NCBI GenBank assembly: GCA_951813565.1
Contig: OX638351.1
Location: 3,584,001 to 3,648,000 of the forward strand
Direction of reading: 5' to 3'
Length of the DNA: 64,000 bases
Origin: an uncultured Poribacteria bacterium
GTDB lineage: Bacteria > Poribacteria > WGA-4E > WGA-3G
In this document: piece after piece, positions 58,887 to 64,000 of the stretch
Numbering within the stretch: the first letter of the stretch is position 1
Layout: each line of letters begins with the position of its first letter
Made by a program: the position numbers and the translations under genes
The notes under the pieces: model-generated
The model's input: the letters and a program-made list of their open reading frames with translations, nothing else
Database searches by the model: none
Told to the model about the DNA's origin: nothing

Positions 58887-59039
58887 TCTGAACCAAGATT
58901 CACAGGATTATAGGATTATGTATCCAACTCAAATAACAAGCGTCTTTTTTTCATATTGTGGATTTGACACTAAGCCTGAGAATAGAAATGTCCCAATGAA
59001 GTCCAACAATCCTGTAAATCTTGTCCATCTTGGTTCAGA
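58887..59039. repeat. Inverted-repeat element flanked by REPs
   Basis: TCTGAACCAAGAT ... ATCTTGGTTCAGA with AGGATT sub-repeats. GGTAGAGCGAAGCGAAACC lies upstream and AGGCGCGATTTGAAATCGCGCCTAC downstream. Confidence 0.65.
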
Positions 59040-59121
59040 AAAGAGGCGCGATTTGAAATCGCGCCTACCGAGGATATTCACATCTTTAACATTTTACAAT
59101 AATATTCGGTATCCGAGAGTG

Positions 59122-59679
59122 TTACGTAAAAGATGGTTCTATCCAACCATAAGCCCCATCATCGGATTGATAAAGCAGATTCACCTGTCGTGTTTCAGAG
59201 TTTAAAAACATCAGTAGTGATTCACCTGAAGTATGAAGTTCAGCTGCCGCTTCGTTAACTGTGAGCGGTTTTGCGGCAAACTTCTCTGATACTGGAACGA
59301 TAACCGGAGGATCTGTAGAATCTACATCTACCGGAATTTCTGGCACTTCTGGATTCAATTGGGCTACCACCTCGCGATGTGGCACATTATGCCGCCTATC
59401 TTTCACACGTTCTTTATGTTTACGAATCTGGCTCATAACCTTGTCTGCTGCACCGTCTATAGCAGATATGAGTTCGTGGGTATCATTTTTTGCATAGAAC
59501 GATACCCGTGGTGCAGTAACTATTATCTCAGCTTCAAAACGATGCTTTTCTGCTTTCAAAATAACATTAAACTCTTGCATCTGTCCGAAACGAGACTCTA
59601 TTTTCTCAGCACGTTTTAGGATATAATCGTGTATATCATCAGTAATTTTGATGTGATGCCCAGAATATGTAATTTTCAT
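59122..59679 (-). CDS. hpf: Ribosome hibernation promoting factor (long HPF)
   Basis: S30AE N-domain (AID...DK..QIRKHKE) and C-terminal KPLTV.EA..N.LY...G.YG.IEP. Downstream of rpoN. Confidence 0.9.
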   Translation of the reverse strand: MKITYSGHHIKITDDIHDYILKRAEKIESRFGQMQEFNVILKAEKHRFEAEIIVTAPRVSFYAKNDTHELISAIDGAADKVMSQIRKHKERVKDRRHNVPHREVVAQLNPEVPEIPVDVDSTDPPVIVPVSEKFAAKPLTVNEAAAELHTSGESLLMFLNSETRQVNLLYQSDDGAYGWIEPSFT

Positions 59680-59796
59680 GATGTGCCTCCCATAAATATC
59701 TAAAGTTTGAAATATTTCTTTGGCGGATTATATTGAAATTATAAGTCTATAATAATTGCATTGGCGAAAAATATATGTGTGAGCGGATATTTTAAT

Positions 59797-61608
59797 TTAA
59801 GTTTTTTTTCTTTGACGGGAAGAGAGAATACCAAGTTCTTCACGATATTTTTGAACAGTCCGTCTTGCAACAACAATACCGCTTTTTTTCAATGATTCAC
59901 TTACTGCTTGATCGCTTAAAGGTTTTGCTGGACTTTCCTTACTTATCAAATCTTTAATTTCGGCTTTAACATGTTCAGCAGATACCGAATTGCCTTGCGT
60001 TGTTGACAATTGATTACTGAAGAAGAACTTCAATGGGTAAGTACCAAGAGGTGTTTGAACATATTTGTTACTCGTGACACGACTCACAGTTGATTCATGG
60101 ACACCTGCCATATCAGCCACGGTTTTTAATGTCAAAGGTTTGATGCTTTGCGGGCCTTGTGTTAAGAAGTCAGCTTGAACTTTGAAAATAGCCGTCGTTA
60201 CCCGTTCAATAGTACGACCTCGCTGTGCTATACTGCTAAGCAGATCCTCGGCATCATTATATTTCTTTTGAATCCATTTTTTTGTTTCTGAATCTAACAC
60301 TTTACTATCATCGCGCATCAGGCTAATATAGTAAGGATTCATACGCAAACGTGGAATATAATTATCGATCGGGAAAATATAATAATATTCATCAATTTCC
60401 ACAATCTGTACATCAGGTGTGATCCCTTGAATTGTTTCTGGCGATTTAACCAAGTCCTTTACAGATGGATCAGAAAAGTAGCGTCCTGGATATGGTGACA
60501 AGGTGCCGATCCATTGTGATGCTTTAAGAATTTCATCTCTGCCTACTTCAAGTGTCTGAGAAATAGCTGCTACTCGGCTGTTCAATAGATCCTCTAAATG
60601 ATGTTCTACAATTTCTTTGGCAAGTTGAAAGGAAACATCGCTATCATGCGGCATTACCCCGTTTTGCTTATAATGCTGCATTTCATAGTGTCGAATCTGT
60701 ATGCACAGTGTTTCTGTAAGGTCACGATAAGCGATGCCTGCGGGTTCAAATGTCTCTTGTATTGTGTGTAGAACTCTCTCTACATCGGATACAGCACATC
60801 CGACTTCTAACGCGATATCTTCTAAAGTAAGTTCGTATAGGTTGAGTTCAGTCCCTTCGTGTTTAACTGTATATCTCTTTTTGCTAACTGTATCAACGAT
60901 TTGCCAGCTTTTGATTTCACCAATGCTTTCAGAATTTCCAAGTTCTGAAACTATAGGATTGATCTCAAAAAATAGTTTTTTGACTTCTTCTTTTGATTTT
61001 TTGCCATTATTCGTTGTGTCGCTGAGGTTTTTGGATAATATTATCTGTAATTCTTCTGATAAACACGCATTTTCAAAATCAGCAACGAATTCAATAGGGA
61101 GAGGAAACAACTTCAACTTGAGTTGGCCATCATCGTTTAGATTTCCAATAATCAATTCCCCGATAGCACGTTCTGTTTCGGCGAAAGGTGCTAATTCAAG
61201 TTGTTGATTAAGATAGTTCTGGAGAGACTGTGCTTCAGCAATATCTGGTTCGGGCGTATCTGGATCATCATATTGTTCATTTACTGTTGTACCAGGTACT
61301 CGCATGTCATCAAACACGGAATGCCAGTCAATATCAACGGAAGTGTCCACGTGATTGATATTTTCTTCAGGTTTGCTCCATTCGGGTTCTGGATCATAAT
61401 CTTCCATAGACAGTGCTGTTTCAGGCTCTTCCTCAATTTCTAAGAGTGGATTTTGGTTTAACTCTTGCTCTATAAACTGCTTTAACTCAAGCTGTGGCAT
61501 CATAAGCACCTTAATTGCTTGTTGCAACTTTGGTGTCATGATGATTTTTTGTTGTTGAGTCTGAGTCTGAACAAGTTTCGGTTGTATTTTCATCACGCGG
61601 CACTCCAA
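59797..61608 (-). CDS. rpoN: RNA polymerase sigma-54 factor
   Basis: Gln-rich region I (MTPKLQQAIKVL), NPLLE, HESTVSR HTH and an RpoN-box variant ARRTVQKYRE. Confidence 0.95.
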   Translation of the reverse strand: MECRVMKIQPKLVQTQTQQQKIIMTPKLQQAIKVLMMPQLELKQFIEQELNQNPLLEIEEEPETALSMEDYDPEPEWSKPEENINHVDTSVDIDWHSVFDDMRVPGTTVNEQYDDPDTPEPDIAEAQSLQNYLNQQLELAPFAETERAIGELIIGNLNDDGQLKLKLFPLPIEFVADFENACLSEELQIILSKNLSDTTNNGKKSKEEVKKLFFEINPIVSELGNSESIGEIKSWQIVDTVSKKRYTVKHEGTELNLYELTLEDIALEVGCAVSDVERVLHTIQETFEPAGIAYRDLTETLCIQIRHYEMQHYKQNGVMPHDSDVSFQLAKEIVEHHLEDLLNSRVAAISQTLEVGRDEILKASQWIGTLSPYPGRYFSDPSVKDLVKSPETIQGITPDVQIVEIDEYYYIFPIDNYIPRLRMNPYYISLMRDDSKVLDSETKKWIQKKYNDAEDLLSSIAQRGRTIERVTTAIFKVQADFLTQGPQSIKPLTLKTVADMAGVHESTVSRVTSNKYVQTPLGTYPLKFFFSNQLSTTQGNSVSAEHVKAEIKDLISKESPAKPLSDQAVSESLKKSGIVVARRTVQKYREELGILSSRQRKKT

Positions 61609-61694
61609 AAAATCCCTTTTGAACGTTAGCGTGTTGTGCCAGCAAACGTCTTAAGATAAGTAGTTCTCAAGCGATAACCGATGCTAAAGTTCCT

Positions 61695-62471
61695 CTATGA
61701 GTTGTTCTCCCCTTTTGCATAATGAAAGTTATGACCAAAATAAAGTTCTCTGGCAACATCGCTATTGAGAAGTTCTTCAGGCGTGCCTGATAGTGTAATT
61801 TTTCCATCAGCTATAAGGTATGCACGATCAACAATATTGAGGGTTTCAACAGCATTATGGTCTGTGATAAGGATACCAAGATTCCTATTTCGCAAATGTA
61901 AAATGAGCTGTTTAATGTCAGCAACAGCAATCGGGTCAATCCCCGAAAGCGGTTCATCTAATAAAATGAACTCTGGTTGTGCTGCAAGTGCACGGGCAAT
62001 TTCCGCACGACGACATTCACCTCCCGAAAGCGTATATGCCTTGCGATTTAAGAGATTAGAAATACCGAGTTCATCGGTGAATTCCTGTATGCGCGTTTCT
62101 CGATCATCCTTCGGCAGCCCGCGTGCTTCTAAAATCGCTTCAATGTTTTGTTTCACCGTTAATTTACGGAAAATTGATGTCTCCTGTGAAAGATAACCGA
62201 TACCGAGACGAGCACGTTTGTACATCGGTAGGAATGTTATATCCCTATCTCCATAAGTGATCCGACCAGCATTTGGACGGATAAGACCGACTACCATGTA
62301 AAATGTCGTTGATTTTCCCGCGCCGTTTGGCCCCAACAAACCTACTATTTCGCCTTGCTGCACCGACAAACTCACTTCGTTGACGACTATTGGACCCCGT
62401 CGTGTATATCTTTTAACGAGATTATGTGTTTGTAGTTCTGTTGCCACGTTATTGCTACCTGTGTTCTCCAT
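61695..62471 (-). CDS. lptB: LPS export ABC ATPase LptB
   Basis: GPNGAGKSTTFYM, RARLGIGYL, LSGGE.RR.EIAR and LITDHN. Confidence 0.95.
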   Translation of the reverse strand: MENTGSNNVATELQTHNLVKRYTRRGPIVVNEVSLSVQQGEIVGLLGPNGAGKSTTFYMVVGLIRPNAGRITYGDRDITFLPMYKRARLGIGYLSQETSIFRKLTVKQNIEAILEARGLPKDDRETRIQEFTDELGISNLLNRKAYTLSGGECRRAEIARALAAQPEFILLDEPLSGIDPIAVADIKQLILHLRNRNLGILITDHNAVETLNIVDRAYLIADGKITLSGTPEELLNSDVARELYFGHNFHYAKGENNS

Positions 62472-62557
62472 TTACTTGTATTTGGCGTCCTGCCTATTGG
62501 AAGGTGTGCCGATTAATGTTAAAATGTTCGGAGCAGAAAGTATTCGGAAACCAACAA

Positions 62558-63565
62558 CTATTGTTCTTCCTTTGGTTTTTCTGCTTCATCAGCTTCTTCT
62601 TCTGATTCGGTAGGTTCAGTCTCTTCAGATTCAGCTGGCTCAGTCTCTTCAGATTCAGCTGGTTCGGTCTCTTTTTCAGATTTAGATTCTGCGTCTTTCT
62701 CTCCCTTTTCAGTTTCGGGAGGTGTGGTTTTTTCTTCAATATCCGCTTTGCCAGAGTCAGCGTTAGGTCCCTTTTCAGTCTCTTTTTCTGTCTCAGGAGA
62801 GTCAGCATTTTCGTCAGTATTGCTCGGCGTTGCAGAGGTGTCCTTACTATCAGAGCTGCCTTCCTCTGATTCCTCTGCTGTTGGTGTTGCTTGCGTAACG
62901 GTTACGCTGAATTTAACGTCCCCTACTCCGGTCTGTTTACCTGTTGTTCTATTGAAAGTGAAGAGTTTTGTTTCAAGTCTATCTTTCTTTTGTAAAACAA
63001 CAACGTTATCTTTTAGAACAATGATATTTGTCAAATTGTTCATGGTTGCATGATCACATGTCGCAAAGATTTCTTGATCACGTATTTCTACATTGCCCTC
63101 AGCGACAATTTCTGTTGTCTCACCGGTTTCTGGATTAGCCTTGAGGGTAATTTTATCAGCATTGAGAAACCCGATTTCAACGCCTTGCTCGTTATGTCTT
63201 TTGGTTTTTGCATTTCCGATCAGGATTGTAATCCCTGTTTTCTCATACCGTTCCATTTCATCTGCGGTACCGGTGATTACTTCTTTAGTCGGTTCAGTCG
63301 AGGTATCATTATTATCAGATTTTTTTTCTGTATTATTGCTTTCGGTTGGTTTAACTTGCGTTTCTGGATTCTCTTCTACCTGCGTTACAACTTCATCATC
63401 CTTTTTTTCTGAGTCAGGTGTTTCCGCTGCCCATATAGGAAAGGCTGTCAGACAGATAACTACCCCGAAAAAGATTGGCCAAATTCCAACGAATTTCGAT
63501 AATCTCCGAGACACCTTCATATTCAACTTACAGATGATTTTCATGCTATTCATTTGTTTCCTCAT
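62558..63565 (-). CDS. lptA: LptA/OstA-like protein with acidic low-complexity extensions
   Basis: beta-jellyroll motifs (AEGNVEI, L.DNVVV.Q). Located between lptC and lptB. Tail has (AESEETEP)n repeats. Confidence 0.7.
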   Translation of the reverse strand: MRKQMNSMKIICKLNMKVSRRLSKFVGIWPIFFGVVICLTAFPIWAAETPDSEKKDDEVVTQVEENPETQVKPTESNNTEKKSDNNDTSTEPTKEVITGTADEMERYEKTGITILIGNAKTKRHNEQGVEIGFLNADKITLKANPETGETTEIVAEGNVEIRDQEIFATCDHATMNNLTNIIVLKDNVVVLQKKDRLETKLFTFNRTTGKQTGVGDVKFSVTVTQATPTAEESEEGSSDSKDTSATPSNTDENADSPETEKETEKGPNADSGKADIEEKTTPPETEKGEKDAESKSEKETEPAESEETEPAESEETEPTESEEEADEAEKPKEEQ

Positions 63566-64000
63566 CTTTAGGATAAAGTTTAAATTGATTTTTTGACATC
63601 TTTACGGTTTCAAGATTTGGATTGGCAACCATTTCGGTTCCATACCATGTAGAATCTCCACGCACGATCTTGACTTCAGTTGGTGAGTAGAGCGTTCCAT
63701 CTTTGTTTTTCCACTGGAGTTCTTCTGTATACAACGATCCTTTTTCGTTAACGCCGACTACTTCACCATAAAGAAATAGATTTTCCCTTTCGGGCCCAGT
63801 GCTAAAAAACTTTCCTGTTTTTGCCGTTAACGTGAGAGAAACTTTTCCCTCTTCAAAAATTTGGACCTTCGGATTCTGGATGACAACTTTGTTTCCTCGT
63901 TCTTGTGGTGAGTCACCGACCGTTGTTGAAGTATCTCCGACCAGCGTCCATTTCAGAATTCCTGCTTTTCTGTGCTGCATGGAAAACGTTTCAAGCTGCT
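63546..64000 (-). CDS. lptC: LPS export protein LptC, partial (runs off the window)
   Basis: L.G.V, LYTEELQW, V.I.RG..G..M.A motifs and position upstream of lptA/lptB. Confidence 0.75.
   Translation of the reverse strand, partial: QLETFSMQHRKAGILKWTLVGDTSTTVGDSPQERGNKVVIQNPKVQIFEEGKVSLTLTAKTGKFFSTGPERENLFLYGEVVGVNEKGSLYTEELQWKNKDGTLYSPTEVKIVRGDSTWYGTEMVANPNLETVKMSKNQFKLYPKDEETNE

Noticed and set aside
60829..61119. Intein in RpoN
   Set aside because: There is no N-terminal Cys/Ser or C-terminal His-Asn followed by Cys/Ser/Thr at the insert boundaries.
61627..61642. Sigma54 site upstream of rpoN (CTGGCACAACACGC, minus strand)
   Set aside because: The GG-to-GC spacing is 8 nt rather than the required 10.

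Overview
This is a bacterial chromosomal window. The gene content (PhyH dioxygenase, LamG and PD40 proteins with a shared C-terminal 'V.P..KL...W..[IL]K' motif, CRTAC1/TPR pair) suggests Ca. Poribacteria, but that assignment is inference. Core content: tricorn protease, a divergent acetate kinase, DegT aminotransferase, glpD, a Bat-type VWA protein, livK/H/M, an Npt/TLC-type transporter, a minus-strand division/cell-wall cluster (rsmH-ftsL-ftsI-murE-alpha/beta hydrolase-membrane-anchored murF-ddl-mraY-murD-ftsW-murG-murC-ftsQ-ftsA-ftsZ), a TPR lytic transglycosylase, nadB, valS and lptC-lptA-lptB-rpoN-hpf. Mobile content: an intact-looking IS701, an IS630/TnpB chimeric relic, and intergenic regions packed with nested MITEs and GTAG-type REPs. 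Main observations: (1) a family of 34-95 bp micro-elements with a CAAATCAA 5' end and a 3' hairpin, sitting at C|G junctions mostly in hairpin loops, without TIRs or TSDs, nesting and forming arrays; (2) a near-consensus sigma54 -24/-12 promoter heading the mraZ-less dcw cluster; (3) a MITE that separated a TPR gene from its start codon and supplies an in-frame replacement; (4) a hydrolase/membrane-MurF/Ddl module; (5) an RpoN with a ~97 aa insertion. No rRNA, tRNA or CRISPR array was recognised.
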